Below are positions 37,830 through 50,544 of a DNA stretch of 50,544 nt, piece after piece; within the stretch, counting starts at the first letter, position 1; each line of letters begins with the position of its first letter. Source of the DNA: Chiloscyllium plagiosum. Its lineage: Eukaryota. The position numbers and the translations under genes are program-made. Below the pieces are notes generated by a model. The model saw nothing but the letters and a program-made list of their open reading frames with translations. It ran no database searches and was not told where the DNA came from. Location of the stretch: NCBI RefSeq assembly GCF_004010195.1, contig NC_057718.1, positions 69,354,851-69,405,394 on the forward strand, written 5' to 3'.

Positions 37830-38795
37830 TAAGGAAAAGTATACAGTTAATGGCAGGACCCTGAATAACATTAATATCCAGAGGGATCTTGGGGTTTAAG
37901 ACCACAGCTCCCTGAAAGTGGCCACACAAGTAGATAGGGTGGTGAAGAATGCATATGACAAGCTTGTCTTTATTGGTTGGGGAACTGAGTACAAGAGTCA
38001 GGGATGTCATGTTGCAGCTTTATAAGACTTTGATTAGGCCACACACAGAGTATTGTATTCAATTCTGGTCACCACGTTACAGGAAGGATGTGGAGGCTTT
38101 GGAGTGGGTGCAGAAGAGGTTTATCAGAATGCTGTCTGGATTAGAGGATATGAGCTAAAAGGAGAGGCTAGAAAAACTCAGGTTGTTTTCTTTGGAATGC
38201 CAGAGAGAAGACTTGACAGATGTTTATTAAATTGTGAGATGTATAGATAGGGTTGACTGTCAGAATCTTTTTCCCAGAGTTGAAATGTCTAATACTAGGG
38301 GGCATGCATTTAAGGTCAGAGTGGGAAAGTTCAAAAGAGATGAGGGGGCAAGTTTTTGTTGCAGAGTGTGAGATAGGAGTCTGGAACGTGCTGCTGGGTT
38401 GGTGGTGGAGGCAGATATGATAGGGGCGATTAAGGGACTTTTAAATAAGCATATGAATATGCAAATAATGGACAAATAGGGATCAAGGGCAGGCAGAAGT
38501 GATTAGATTATTTACTTACAGTGTGGAAGCAGGCCCTTTGGCCCAACAAGTCCACATTGACCCTCCGAAGAGCAACCCACCCAGACCCATTCCCCTAACA
38601 CTACGGGCAATTTTAGCATGGCCAATTCACCTAACCTGCACATTTTTGTACTGTGGGAGGAAACCGGAGCACCCGGAGGAAACCCACGCAGACACATGGA
38701 GAATGTACAAACTCCACACAGCAGTTTAATTTGGCGCCATATTAGGCACAACATCATGGTCTGAAGGGCTCATTCCTGTGCAGTATTGTTCTATG
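37830..38795 (+). mobile_element. CR1 3' fragment with a nested V-SINE (-, about 38500-38722)
   Basis: MLQLYKTLIRPHTEYCIQFWSP.YRKDVEALE; SINE V-domain and tail. Confidence 0.88.
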
Positions 38796-38869
38796 CTCCT
38801 CCTGTGGATTCAGGAGGTGACTGGTTTCACTTTTCCTTCCTAGATCCAGCGAAACTTTCTGAACAACCT

Positions 38870-40140
38870 CCATCTGGCAAGTAACAATTTGATTGCAGAT
38901 AGTCAACATGGTTTTGTCAAGAGCAGGTCTTGTCTCACAAACTTCATTGAGTTTTTTGAGAAGCAAGTGGATGAGGGTAGGGCAGTTGACGTGATGTATG
39001 TGGACTTCAGTAAGGATTTTGATAGGGTTCCACATGGAAGGCTATTGGAGAAAATGCAGAGACATGGGATTGAGGATGATTTAGCAGCTTGGATTAGAAA
39101 CTGGCTTTCTGGAAGAAGACAGCAAGTGGTGGTTGATGGTATATATTCAGCCTGGAGTCCAGGTACTAGTGGTGTGCCACAAGGATCTGTTTTGGGACCA
39201 CTGCTATTTGTCATTTTTATAAATGACTTAGATACAGGCATAGGTGGATGGGTTAGTAAGTTTGCAGACGACACTAAAGTCGGTGGAGTAGTGGACAGTG
39301 TGGAAGGATGTTGCAGGTTGCAGGGGGACTTGGATAAACTGCAGAATTGGGCTGTGAGGTGGAAAATGGAATTCAATGCAGATAAATGTGAGGTGATTCA
39401 CTTTGGGAAGAATAACAGGAAGGCAGAATACTGGATCAATGGAAGTGTGAATGTGCACAGGGATTTTGGAGTCCATGTACATATATCCCTGAAAGTTGCC
39501 ACCCAGGTTGATAGTGCTGTTAAGACGACATATGGTGTGTTTGGTTTTATTAGTAGAGGGATTACGTTCTGAAGCCATAATGTCATGCTGCAACAATACA
39601 AAATGCTAGTGCAGCCGTACTTGAGAAAATTGTGTACAGTTCAGGTCGCTCCCTTACAGAAAGGATGTGGACGCATTGGAAAAGGTACACAGGAGATTTA
39701 CCAGGGTGTTGTGTGGTCTGGAGGGAAGATCTTATGAGGAAAGGCTGAGATACTTGGGTGTGTTATCATTGGAAAGAAGGAGGAGATTTGATAGAGACAT
39801 ACAAGATGATCAGAGGATTAGATAGGGTAGATAGTGAAAGTCTTTTTCCAGGATGATGACGTCAGCTGGTACGAGGGAGCACAGCTACAAATTGAGGGGT
39901 GATAGATTTAAGACAGATGTCAGAGGCACGTTCTTTACTCAGAGTGGTAAGGGTGTGGAATGCCCTGCCTGCCAATGTAGTTAACTCAGCCATATTAGGG
40001 TGATGTAAACAATCCTTGGATAAGCACATGGATGATGATGGGATAGTATGGGGGATGGGTTTAGATTAGTTCACAGATTGGTCCAACATTCAGGGCAAAA
40101 GGGCCTGTTCTGCTCTGTATTGGTTTATATTCTATGTTTT
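38870..40140 (+). mobile_element. CR1 RT to 3' end
   Basis: 227-aa ORF: SQHGFVKSRSCLTN, DFSKDFDRVPH, GVPQGSVLGPLLF, KFADDTK. Confidence 0.95.
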
Positions 40141-40277
40141 ATTACCAATACTCATAGTCTATGTTCTATGTTTTATTACCAATACTCATGCCCCAGTTTC
40201 CTTCCTCAAGATGATTCTGACCCAAGGCCTAGGATTTTCCCATTAAGGCATCCAATCCATATGTTGATCTCTTTCAG

Positions 40278-40765
40278 AGGTGTAGGAAAGATGTGGATGC
40301 TTTGGAGACGGTTCAGAGTGCCTGGAATGGAGGGCTTATCTTACGAAGAGAGGTTGACTGAGCTCAGACTTTTTTCACTGGAAAAAAGGAAGAGAAGGGA
40401 CCTAATTGAGGTGTACAAGATAATGAAAGGCATAGATAGAGTTGATAGCCAGAGACTTTTTCCCAGGGCAGAAATTGTTAACATGAGGGGGTCATAGTTT
40501 TAAGCTGTTTGGCGGAAAGTATAAAGGGGATGTCAGAGGCGGGTTCTTTATGCAGAGAGTTGTGAGAGCATGGAATGCGTTGCCAGCAGCAGTTGTGGAA
40601 GCGAGGTCATTGGGGATATTTAAGAGACTGCTGGACATGCATATGGTCACAGAAATTTGAGGGTTCGTGCATTAGGTTTACCTTACATGAGGATCAATGG
40701 TCGGCACAACATCCTGAGCTGAAGGGCCTGTTCTGTGCTGTACTGTACTGTTCTATGTTCTATGT
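40278..40765 (+). mobile_element. CR1 3' fragment
   Basis: PGMEGLSYEERLTELRLFSLE; gttctatgttctatg tail. Confidence 0.9.
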
Positions 40766-43191
40766 GTATCCCTCCCCAGACCTTTGACCTCACCTCCCAG
40801 TGAACCTGAAATCAGCAGATTCTCTGGGAAACCCACTCCACTGGGGACAATGATTATCACCAATTCGCCCCCTCTTGTGATTGTCCACCCTCTTCAAAAG
40901 GCCCCCTTACCCTCCACCCTATCTTCAATAGCTTTGGCACAGACATACCCAGTCCTGCTACCTTTACTGATCAGTTGCCACTCCAACTAGTGGTGAAGTC
41001 CATCAACCAGACAGCAAAGGCTTGGCTTTTAGACTTCACAGCTTGCAATAGATTCTTGACTTCCAGATTCCCATGCCTTTCTGTTCAACTCTGGCAGGTC
41101 ATGGTCTTACGAACAATCAAGTCAAAATCCAGGCTATGGAGTTAGAAATGCTGGTGAATGTTGTTGATCAAATGAGAGACAATCTTGACACACAAAGTGT
41201 TGTGATGCAAAACAAGTTTAAATCGTGTCATATCAATTCAATGATCAGAGCCAAAAGCACAAGATACATTTCTGATAACATATATTGCTTGCGAAATCCT
41301 AAGACTTCATTAATACAACAGCCAATTTGCAGTGATTCATTGCTTTGGTGCAGATAATAAGTAAAGAACTTTTTTTTAATACAACATGCAAACTACAATT
41401 TTCAGCTGACTTTCTCATTCTTTTTAAAAAGCACAAAATTTTTCAGATGCAACACAAGTAACAGGTTTGGCACAATGATTGGTTAAATGTATGATTACGT
41501 TTACAAACCACACTATGGAATGTTGGAAAAGCAGAAAAGGCTTGTGTTTGAAATTCCCAAATTCCATTTAAATATGCTTTTTAAACTGACCTTTTTGCTA
41601 TAAAATACACATTATACAAGAAAACATTTCTATTTTTAAAGGAGTTTAATTTGCATATTTAATCAAAATAATATTTAATAAAATGCACATCAGGATAGTA
41701 GGCTAAATTCCCTGATACAATGCTTCCAATGAGAAGCCATGCTTTAAAATGTTGGAATGGGAAAACAAGCACTATACTGACATAGCTCTATCGCTGAATG
41801 CATTCCCGTGAAGTGTGGCTATTTGCCAGGAACTTGCAATTAGCAAATTCACTCAAATGTTGCATTTGTTTGCGCCAGCGCAGTAGTTTGGTTGACAAGG
41901 AGTTAAAACTTATTCCATTTCACTACACTGTTCCATATGGTACCATTTCAAAACAGCATTAATCCATTGCGCCTGCGCAAAAAGTCTGTATTTTATAATA
42001 CTGCACAAACACAAAAAAATTGCACCAAGGAACTGTGCAGGAATAAATTAAGCAAAACTCCCTTTACTCTGGTGGAATAGTTAAAGTCTAATCAATCCAG
42101 AGAATTTTGTTTTTATAAAAAATACTTTTCTTGAATTCCTTCCAAGGTAATAGATTTTACTGATGTGAGAAATACACTTCCTAAATACTTTGAACTTTGT
42201 AAGTTAGTTAGAAAGAGTAGATGAAAATTAGCACTACAGAGGTACATTATCAAGATTGGCATGTGGTAATAGGTTTCTATTGCAAATTGGTGAAAAGTAG
42301 TGATGGAATGCCAAATTGAACTGGTTTCATCTCCAGTAAGTGAATCAATTGGATACAGATCTTCATAATATGTCAATCGAGGCTTATAATAGGCTAAATT
42401 GTTTAGTATGTCTGAAAGAAAATGCACAAGTAGAACATATATGCAATCTGGCATTGCAGGGAACATAAAGCAATACATTAGTTGCCTGAGACTTACCATT
42501 TTTAACCTATGTAGTAGATTAATATGCACCTTGGAAAACTTACTAATGAACATAGACCATTTGCCATGTTGATTAATGGAAAAATAGCAACAGAGAAAAA
42601 TTCTCTACAATTTGCAGGTGGAGTAGTAAATGACAAGAGAAAAAAAAAAGGAAAGTTCAAAAGTTCAAGTTTAAAATTTTCAGTGGCAACTTTTAAAGAA
42701 AACTATTTTATAAAACATGTTGAATTTCCTCTCCTAGTCCAATATGATTCTTAACAAAATCTTTCAGTTCAATGCCCTGACAGATTTATCTTGGAAGACT
42801 TGATGATTTTGCATTAAGTGCAGTTCACAGAGGCCGTTTAAATGCTGAGACGGAATTTCAAGGAATGATTTGTCTCATGTCAGCAGAGTTTTGATTGGTT
42901 GATTCTTTCAGCATTTCCTTACCTACTGTAGAAAATGGAACCACCACAAGTGAGTGCAATGATATCAGGCATGTTTATTTTAAGCCCTGGTCCTCCATGT
43001 ATATATTAAAAAGAATATGTTGCATATTCCAGTAAGATTGTGGAACAAACAGTCTTTGAAATCGTGCGAAAATAATCTTGATAATTCGACACATTGTCCA
43101 GTATTCAAGAACAAGGTACTCTCTCAATACTCTCTTAATTCAGCTCAAATGTGAATCAAGTTGTTATATCTTTCAAAGGACAATTTCATTA

Positions 43192-43335
<144 letters not shown>

Positions 43336-43809
43336 TCACAAATCAGTTATTGAATTAAATGGTATTAAATTTAATTATTTTTAACTGTTTTTTAAAATTT
43401 CTTATTTTTACAATTTTGTTAAGACAAAGTACTGTAGATGCTACAATCTGAAACAAAAGATCTCTCTGGCCTTAGCCTTCGGCAGTGTTTATTTATTCAT
43501 TTTAAGGGATGTGGTGGTGCTCATCACACCAATATTTATTGCCGATTTCAGGTTTGTCCTTGAGAAGGTGGTTGTGAGCCAAGTATTCCAGTGAAACTCA
43601 ACAGGTGTTTGAGAAACAGAACCTCATCATTAGTTTAGATATCTCAGAACCTTTCAGATGTAACAATGAATTGAAAAATTTCAACCCTTAATCACTGCAA
43701 TTTTGTTTTCTTTGCATGTTTTGGTCTTTGTCTAGTTTTCCCCTCGATTTAAAGATGCTCGCTGTACATCATGTTGCTATTCACACCCTGTCTCAAACTT
43801 ATTTACTTC

Positions 43810-44130
43810 AAGGTCTTTTCCCTAAGGTGGGAAGTTTAAAACTAGGGGGCATATTTTTAAGGTGGGAGGAGAAAGATTTAAAAAGGACATGAGAGACAAT
43901 GTTTTTACACAGAGTGGTTAGTGTCTGGAATGAACTGCCAGAGGAAGTGGTGGATGCAGGTATAGTTACAACATTGAAAAGAAATTTGGATAAATATGTG
44001 AACAGGAAAGGTTTGGAGGGATATGGGCTATATACAGACATGTGGGACTAGTTTAGTTTGAGAACATGGTTGGCATGAACTAGTTGAACCAAAGGGTCTG
44101 TTTCAATGCTGTAAAACTCTGTGACTCTAT
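43810..44130 (+). mobile_element. CR1 3' fragment
   Basis: FTQ.VV.VWNELPEEVV remnant; ctctgtgactctat tail. Confidence 0.85.
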
Positions 44131-44269
44131 AAATGAAATATAGCTCTCTTTTAAATATGCAAGACTGTTTTGTCATTCAACCACTCTATCAGAGACCCCC
44201 CACTTTTGTTATGTCTCTATCCTTTCCCATTTCACCTGCTTAAAACTTTTGCAATTTTAATTATTCCCA

Positions 44270-44326
44270 ATTCTGATGAGAAGTCATTGATCTGAAAAGT
44301 TAACACACACTCTCTCTCTCCACAGA
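44270..44326 (+). mobile_element. PLE family D terminal fragment with hammerhead-like core
   Basis: att-CTGATGA-gaagtcattgatct-GAAA-agttaac...ctctctccacagat. Confidence 0.5.
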
Positions 44327-46578
44327 TCCAAAGAGATTTGACAAATACATTAAGAGCAAGAGGCTAACTAACGAGAGGGTAGACCTCTTAAAGATCAAGG
44401 AGGTTGTCTTTGCGTTGAACCTTAGGAAATGGGAGAGATACTAAATGAATATCTCACATTGTTTTTACTGTGGAGAAAGAAATGTAGGGAAATAAACTTT
44501 GATGTTTTAAAAACAGTTCACATTACAGAAAAGGAACATCAGGAGGAACTTAGTGTGGAAACAGGCCCTTCAGCCCAATAAGTCCTCACCGACCCTCCGA
44601 AGAGCAACCCACCCAGACCCATTCCCTTACATTTACCCCTTCACCTAACACAATGGGCAATTTAGCATGGCCAATTTGCCTAACCTGCACATCTTGGGAC
44701 TGTGGGAGGAAACCGGAGCACCTGGAAGAAACCCACGCAGACAATGTGCAAACTCTACACAGACAGTTGCCCGAGGTGGGAATTGAACCCAGGTCCCTGG
44801 CACTGTGAGGCAGCAGTGCTAAGCACTGTGCCACCGTGCCGCCCATAGAGATGGATAAATCTCCAGGACCTGATCTAATGTATCCCAAAATGTTGTGTGA
44901 AGTAAGGGAGGAAATTGCAAGACCTTTTGCAGAAATATTTGTATCATGTATAACTACAGGTGGGGTGTCTGATGACTGGAGGGTGGCTAATGTTTTACAT
45001 TTGTTTCAGAAAGGTTGTAAGGAGAAACCAGGGAACTATGGACCTGTGAGTCTGACTTCGGTTGTAGGTAAGTTGTTGGAGGTAATTATAAAAGATAGGA
45101 TTTATGGACATTTGGAAAGGCAAAAATTGATTAGGGATAGTCAGCATGGCTTTGTACAAGGAAAATCATGTCTCACAAACCTGTTTGAGTTTTTTGAGAG
45201 AGTTACCAAAGAGATTGATGATGGCAGAGCAGTCGACATTGTTTACTTTAGTAAAGCATTCAACAAGGATGTGTGTGGTAGACTAATTAGTAAAGTTACA
45301 TCACATGAGATTCAGGGTGAATTTGCCAATTGAATATATAATTGGTTTAATGGCAGGAGACAGAGAGTGGTGGTGGAGGATTGCTCTTCAGACTGGTGGC
45401 CTGTGGCCAGTGATGTTCTACAGGCATTGGTTCTGGGTTCTATTTTGTTTGTCATTTATAAATGATTTGAATGAGAATATGGGAGGCATGGTTAGTAAAC
45501 TTGTGGACGACACCAAAATTGGTGACACAGTAGACAGTGAAGAAGGGATCTTGTTCAAATGGGTCAAAGAGTTGAAATGGAGTTCAATCCAAGGTATTGC
45601 ATTTTGGTACAACAAAGCAGGGTAGGGCTTATACACTTAATGAGAGAGCCCTGGATAGAACAGAGGGACCTAGGGCTGCAGTTACATAATTCTTTGAAGT
45701 TTATGTCACGTTTAGACAGGGTGGTTAAAAATGTGTTTATCACGCTTGCCTTCATTGCTCAGTTCTTTGAGTAAAGGAGTTGGGAAGTGAGGTTGCATGG
45801 GACATTGGTGAGACCTCTTCTGGGATTCTGTGTCCAGTTCTGGTCACCCACTTATAGGAAGGACATTATCAAGTTGGAGAGGGTCCAGAAGCGATTTATT
45901 GAGGTGTTGCTGGGTATGGAAGGTTTGAGTTCTTAAAAAAAAGGTGGATCGACTGGGACATATTTTCACTGGAGAGTGCGAGGTTGAGAGGAGACCGTAT
46001 AGAAGTTTATAAAATAATGAGGGGTATAGATAATGGTTAATGTGGTTAATGGTAGTTGTCTTCCCCCTAGGATGGGGGATTTCAAGACTAGGGGGCATAT
46101 TTTTAAGGTGAAACTGAGAGAGATTTAAAAGCATCATGAGGGGCAAATCTTTTACACAGAGGGTGGTTCACGTATGGAATCAATTTCCTGAGGAAGTGAT
46201 AGATGGGGGTACAATACAATGTTTAAAAAATATTTGTTGAAGCTTTATTGCTGGAACAGCACAGCAGGTCAGGCAGCATCCAGGGAACAGGAGATTCGAC
46301 GTTTCGGGCACAGGCCCTTCTTCAGGCCTGTGCCCGAAACGTCGAATCTCCTGTTCCCTGGATGCTGCCTGACCTGCTGTGCTGTTCCAGCAATAAAGTT
46401 TCAACTTTGATCTCCAGCAACTGCAGACCTCACTTTCTCCTTAAAAAATATTTGGATAAGTACATGAACAGGAAAGGTTTGGAGGGATATGGGCTAGACA
46501 CAGGCAGGAGGGGACAAGTTTAGTTTGGGATTATGGTCAACATGGACTGGTTGGACTGAGGGGTCTGCTTCCATGCTC
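44327..46578 (+). mobile_element. CR1 ORF2 fragment with a nested V-SINE (-, about 44552-44845) and a PLE palindrome
   Basis: DKSPGPDLMYPK, PGNYGPVSLTSVVGK, SQHGFVQGKSCLTN, KLVDDTK. Confidence 0.92.
46237..46440 (+). mobile_element. PLE family A near-perfect palindrome (81-bp arms, 8-nt spacer)
   Basis: 46236-46316 versus 46325-46405 differ at one position; TSD ttaaaaaatatttg at 46223-46236 and 46441-46454. Confidence 0.93.
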
Positions 46579-47399
46579 GAAAACACATTGGCTATTTCCC
46601 ACATCTCATTTTTTTAGTTCAACACTGATTATCTAAAAACGTATCTAATTTAAATGCTACTGATGCTGTAATACAAATATAGCTATACATCTTTATGTTG
46701 CTAAATTTACATATAAAGAATTCCAGACCATAAACTAAGTGGATGGTAAGATCAGACCATATCTGTAGTCACTCTCTTGGGTTGGTCACCAGGTAACGAG
46801 TATTTGACTAGCAAAGATTATCATGATGGTAATGCAGGGATTGAACATGAACATACATCATTCCATTCTAATACATTCATAACTGGCATCCATAAAGTAA
46901 CTTAAAAATCATAGCTATAAAGACTCATCACAAAATCTGAATATTTTTACACACCAGGTCAGTGTAATTAGTGCATTCTCTCAAAAAAAATTTGTTCTCC
47001 ACAATTTTTGTGATTACCTGGGATGATTGGCAGAGATTCTGGATACTCATGCGTTCCTGTCCTTCCTTCCAGAAATGAATCAACAAATTGGCAGTGGTCC
47101 TCCCCTTTTCCCCAAGCATCAGCAATGCTGTAAAACATATCTGGAAGAGATGAGGAAGTATAAGTGACTCTGACAATTGTGTTGGCACAGACAAAGAGTT
47201 CAATTTACGATACATGTGTTGGAATAGTTTTAAACTGTTTAGTTGAATTGAAACCATCAAACTGAGACTAGAAAATCTTCATAGCCCCATCATCTTCACA
47301 AATACATGAACATGTGTAAATAAGTCTTGGCGATTAGCTGAGACACAGAGTAGGAGATTGATAGTCCCAGAGGTCTGGCATGTTCTTCTTAATACAAAG

Positions 47400-47429
47400 T
47401 CAGCTCTCCATTCCATCTTTGTCATCATG
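47400..47429 (-). CDS. Candidate terminal coding exon of an unidentified host gene (HDDKDGMES*)
   Basis: Acceptor tcttcaagtttttcacttttcAG| followed by CAT GAT GAC AAA GAT GGA ATG GAG AGC TGA, in repeat-poor sequence that continues as UTR-like DNA. Phase and gene are unverified. Confidence 0.3.
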   Translation of the reverse strand, partial: HDDKDGMES

Positions 47430-48084
47430 CTGAAAAGTGAAAAACTTGAAGACTTGCAAAAAGTGAGCAAAGAAAAGTAATCCATCCTTTACTGTTCTTG
47501 TATATGTTTCAAGGTGCAAAACTGGCATGGTAACAATAGAACACGATTCGAAATTCTCCACAGAAATCTATATTGTGAAATTTTGTTATATGCAATCATG
47601 TGCAAACCAACAGAGGAACTGGCTAAATGTGGATTCTCTACCCTTTTTGTAACATTATTTTAGTATCACTTACAAGCAGGCTAAGACTTTTGATCCAATC
47701 TTGCTCATCCATCTATTCCCCTCTGCACTTCTAAGAACCACGGGCCAGATTTTTCAGGTAATGGCAATTGCGAGTAGACTGCCACTCTGGACTTCCTTTT
47801 TCTTCATATAAGAAAGGAGCTCCACATTCTGGAAAGGTGATTCTGTTCAGGTCTCCCTCAAATGTGGAGCCGTACTTCTAATCTGACAGTTCTTGCATAG
47901 TGTGGAACTGTCAGGGGAAAGTAGACCACACCCATGTTTCACAGCAGTTACCTGCCATATTCTGAAATTATATGCCCAACAGCCACTTTGATAGCTGTTG
48001 TCAAAGGACAAGTATATAAGGTAAGTGTGGGCAGGCTTTAATGGTGTAGTACCTCTAATCCAAAAAGCCTGGCTTCAAGAGTCT

Positions 48085-48905
48085 ACTGATGACCATAAAA
48101 TCATTGTCAATTATCAGAAAAACCCATCTGGTTCACTAATGTTGCTCAGGGAAGGAAATCTGCTATTCTTACCTGATCTGACCTTCAAGTGACTCCAGAC
48201 CCAATAGCAATGTGGTTGGCACTCAATACTCCTCTGAAATAGCCTAGCAAGCCAATCAGTTGTACCAATTGTGAACAAGTCTCAAAGAGGTGAAACTGGA
48301 CGGATCACCTGACATCGACCTAGGTATCAGAAAAGGCAATGGCAGAAACAGCCCTGTTGACCCTGCAAAGACCTCCGTACTAACATCTGGAGGCCAGTAC
48401 CAAAATTGGGATAGCTGTTTCACAGACTAATCAAACAACAGCCTGACATAGTCATGCACGGGGAATCCTACTTCACAGACAATGCCCCAGACACCACCAT
48501 TACCATCCCCCACTACCATCCCTCAATACGTCTTGTCACAATGACAGGATAGACCCCGCAGAGGTGGTGGCACAGTTAGGAAGGCGGGGCTCTAGGAATC
48601 CTCAACATTGACTCTGAGCCTCATGAAGTGTCATGGCTTCAAGTTAAACATAGGCAAGGAACGTTCTGCTGATTACCACATACCATCCTTCCTTAGCTGA
48701 TGAATCAGCACTCCTCTATGTTGAACAATATTTAGAGGAAACACTGAGGATGGCAAGGGCACAAAATGTACTCTGGGTGGGAAATTTCAATGTCCATCAC
48801 CAAGAGTGGCTTGGCGGCAGTACTACTGATTGAGCTGGTCATGTTCTGAAGGACATAGCTGCTAGATTGCGTCTGTAGCAGGTGGTGAGGGACCAACAAG
48901 AATGA
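48085..48905 (+). mobile_element. Non-CR1 LINE 5' region with APE endonuclease remnant
   Basis: HRLIKQQPDIV..ESYFTDNAPDTTITIP, QDRPRRGGGT, SEPHEVSWLQVK, QNVLWVGNFNVHHQEWLG. Confidence 0.8.
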
Positions 48906-48987
48906 AAAACATTCAGAGTTTGAGAGAAGATTTGTAGCTTGGGTGCTCGTTGTTGTGGTTCTGTTCGCCGAGCTGGGAATTTGTGTT

Positions 48988-49027
48988 GCAGACGTTTCGT
49001 CCCCTGTCTAGGTGACATCCTCAGTGC
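48988..49027 (-). ncRNA. Minimal type I hammerhead ribozyme, intact core (family C)
   Basis: Reverse complement reads GCA-CTGAGGA-t-GTCaCCT-agac-AGGgGAC-GAAA-CG-TC^TGC. Confidence 0.8.
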
Positions 49028-49987
49028 TTGGGAGCCTCCTGTGAAGTGCTTCTGTGTTGTTTCCTCCGGCATTTATAGTGGTTTGTCTCTGCCGCTTCCG
49101 GTTGTCAGTTCCAGCTGTCCACTGCAGTGGCCGGTATATTGGGTCCAGGTCGATGAGTTTGTTGATAGAATCTGTGGATGAGTGCCATGCCTCTAGGAAT
49201 TCCCTGGCTGTTCTCTGTTTGGCTTGTCCTATAATAGTAGTGTTGTCCCAGTCGAACTCATGTTGCTTGTCATCTGCGTGTGTGGCTACTAGAGATAGCT
49301 GGTCATGTCATTTCATGGCTAGTTGGTGTTCATGGATACAGATCATTAGCTGTCTTCCTGTTTGTCCTATGTAGTGTTTTGTGCAGTCCTTGCATGGGAT
49401 TTTGTATACTACGTTGGTTTTGCTCATGCTGGGTATCGGGTCCTTTGTCCTGGTGAGTTGTTGTCTGAGAGTGGCTGTTGGTTTGTATGCTGTTATGAGT
49501 CCTAGTGATCGCAGTAGTCTGGCTGTCAGTTCAGAAATGTTCTTGATGTATGTTAGTGCGGCTAATCCTTTGGGTTGTGGCATGTCCTCATTCCGTTGTC
49601 TTTCCCTTAGGAATCTGCTGATGAAATTGCAGGGGTATGCGTTTTTGGCGAATACATTGTAGAGGCGTTTTTCTTCCTCTTTTTGCAGTTCTGGTGTGCT
49701 GCAGTGTGTTGTGGCCCTTTTGAACAGTGTCTTGATGCAACTTCATTTGTGTGTGTTGGGGTGGTTGCTTTCGTAGTTCAGGACTTGGTCTGTGTGTGTT
49801 GCTTTCCTGTATACCTTTGAGGTGAATTCTCTGTTCGGTGTTCTCTGTACCATCACGTCTAGGAATGGGAGTTGGTTGTCCTTTTCTTCCTCTCTAGTGA
49901 ATCTGATTCCTGTGAGCGTGGCATTGATTATCCGGTGTGTGTTTTCTATTTCTGTGTTTTTAATGATTACAAAGGTGTTATCCACAT

Positions 49988-50319
49988 GGTGGCACAGTGG
50001 GCGGCACGGTGGCACAGTGGTTAGCACTGTCGCATCACAGCGCCAGAGATCCGGTTTCATTCCCGCCTCAGGCGACTGACTGTGTGGAGTTTGTACATTC
50101 TCCCCGTGTCTGCGTGGGTTTCCTCCGGGTGCTTCGGTTTCCTCCCACAGTCCAAAAATGTGCAGGTTAGGTGAATTGGCCACGCTAAATTGCCTGTAGT
50201 GTTAGGTGAAGGGGTAAATGTAGAGGAATGGGTCTGGGTGGGTTGCGCTTTGGCGGGTTGATATGGACTTGTTGGGCTGAAGGGCCTGTTCACACTGTAA
50301 GTAATTTAATCTAATCTAT
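49988..50319 (+). mobile_element. Young HE1-like V-SINE inserted in the PLE RT active-site codon
   Basis: Full head (with a short 5' duplication ggtggcacagtgg), V-domain and (aatct)n tail. Confidence 0.95.
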
Positions 50320-50407
50320 ATCTGACCCAGAGTTTGGGTTGAATTTGCAGTAAGACTGTTTGTTCTAATCTTTGCATTACAGCTTCTGCTATGAGTCCAG
50401 AGATGGG

Positions 50408-50544
50408 TCATAGAGTCATAGAGATGTACAGCATGGAAACAGACCCTTCGGTCCAACCCGTCTATGCCGACCAGATATCCCAACCCAATCTAGTCCCACC
50501 TGCCAGCACTCGGCCCATATCCCTCCAAACCCTTCCTATTCATA
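50408..50544 (-). mobile_element. CR1 3' end
   Basis: catagagtcatagagatgtacagcatggaaacagaccc tail in reverse orientation. Confidence 0.88.

Larger units (their letters stand above)
48912..50407 (-). mobile_element. Penelope-like element family C (Poseidon-like): RT C-terminal half, GIY-YIG and hammerhead
   Basis: LWVR|YVDNTF, FTREEEKDNQLPFLDV, VYRKATHTDQVLNYESNHP, NVVYKIPCKDC.KHYIGQTGRQL..IHEH. Confidence 0.93.

Noticed and set aside
40130..40189. 26-bp tandem duplication (also 19464-19506 and about 24947-25002)
   Set aside because: Ordinary slippage or LINE-tail duplications.
46928..47485. 110-aa and 68-aa minus-strand ORFs as genes
   Set aside because: No recognisable domain; only the short spliced-exon reading is retained, at low confidence.

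Overview
Repeat-dense vertebrate DNA, most likely from a cartilaginous fish (shark), inferred from HE1/V-SINE-type SINEs and HER1/CR1-type LINEs. No intact protein-coding gene is visible, and nearly every listed ORF is either a transposon fragment or spurious. The window is a nested mosaic of five element types: about 20 CR1 LINE fragments (one with a near-complete but frameshifted ORF2 at 19.5-22.5 kb), about 10 tRNA-derived V-SINEs, two very decayed Gmr1-like Gypsy LTR relics, a second APE-type LINE family, and three or four Penelope-like (PLE) families. The main signal is that each PLE family carries its own minimal type I hammerhead ribozyme (CUGANGA...GAAA-NN-UH with a palindromic stem III). 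Most copies have inserted as fold-back structures of about 0.2-3 kb flanked by 11-15 bp target-site duplications. One ribozyme pair shows a compensatory stem I substitution. Two locally templated insertions are also present. Repeat-poor islands at about 26-28, 34.4-37.8, 41-43.4 and 46.6-47.9 kb may be the 3' end of a minus-strand host gene, with a candidate terminal exon encoding HDDKDGMES*. Boundaries of decayed repeats are approximate and were read by eye.
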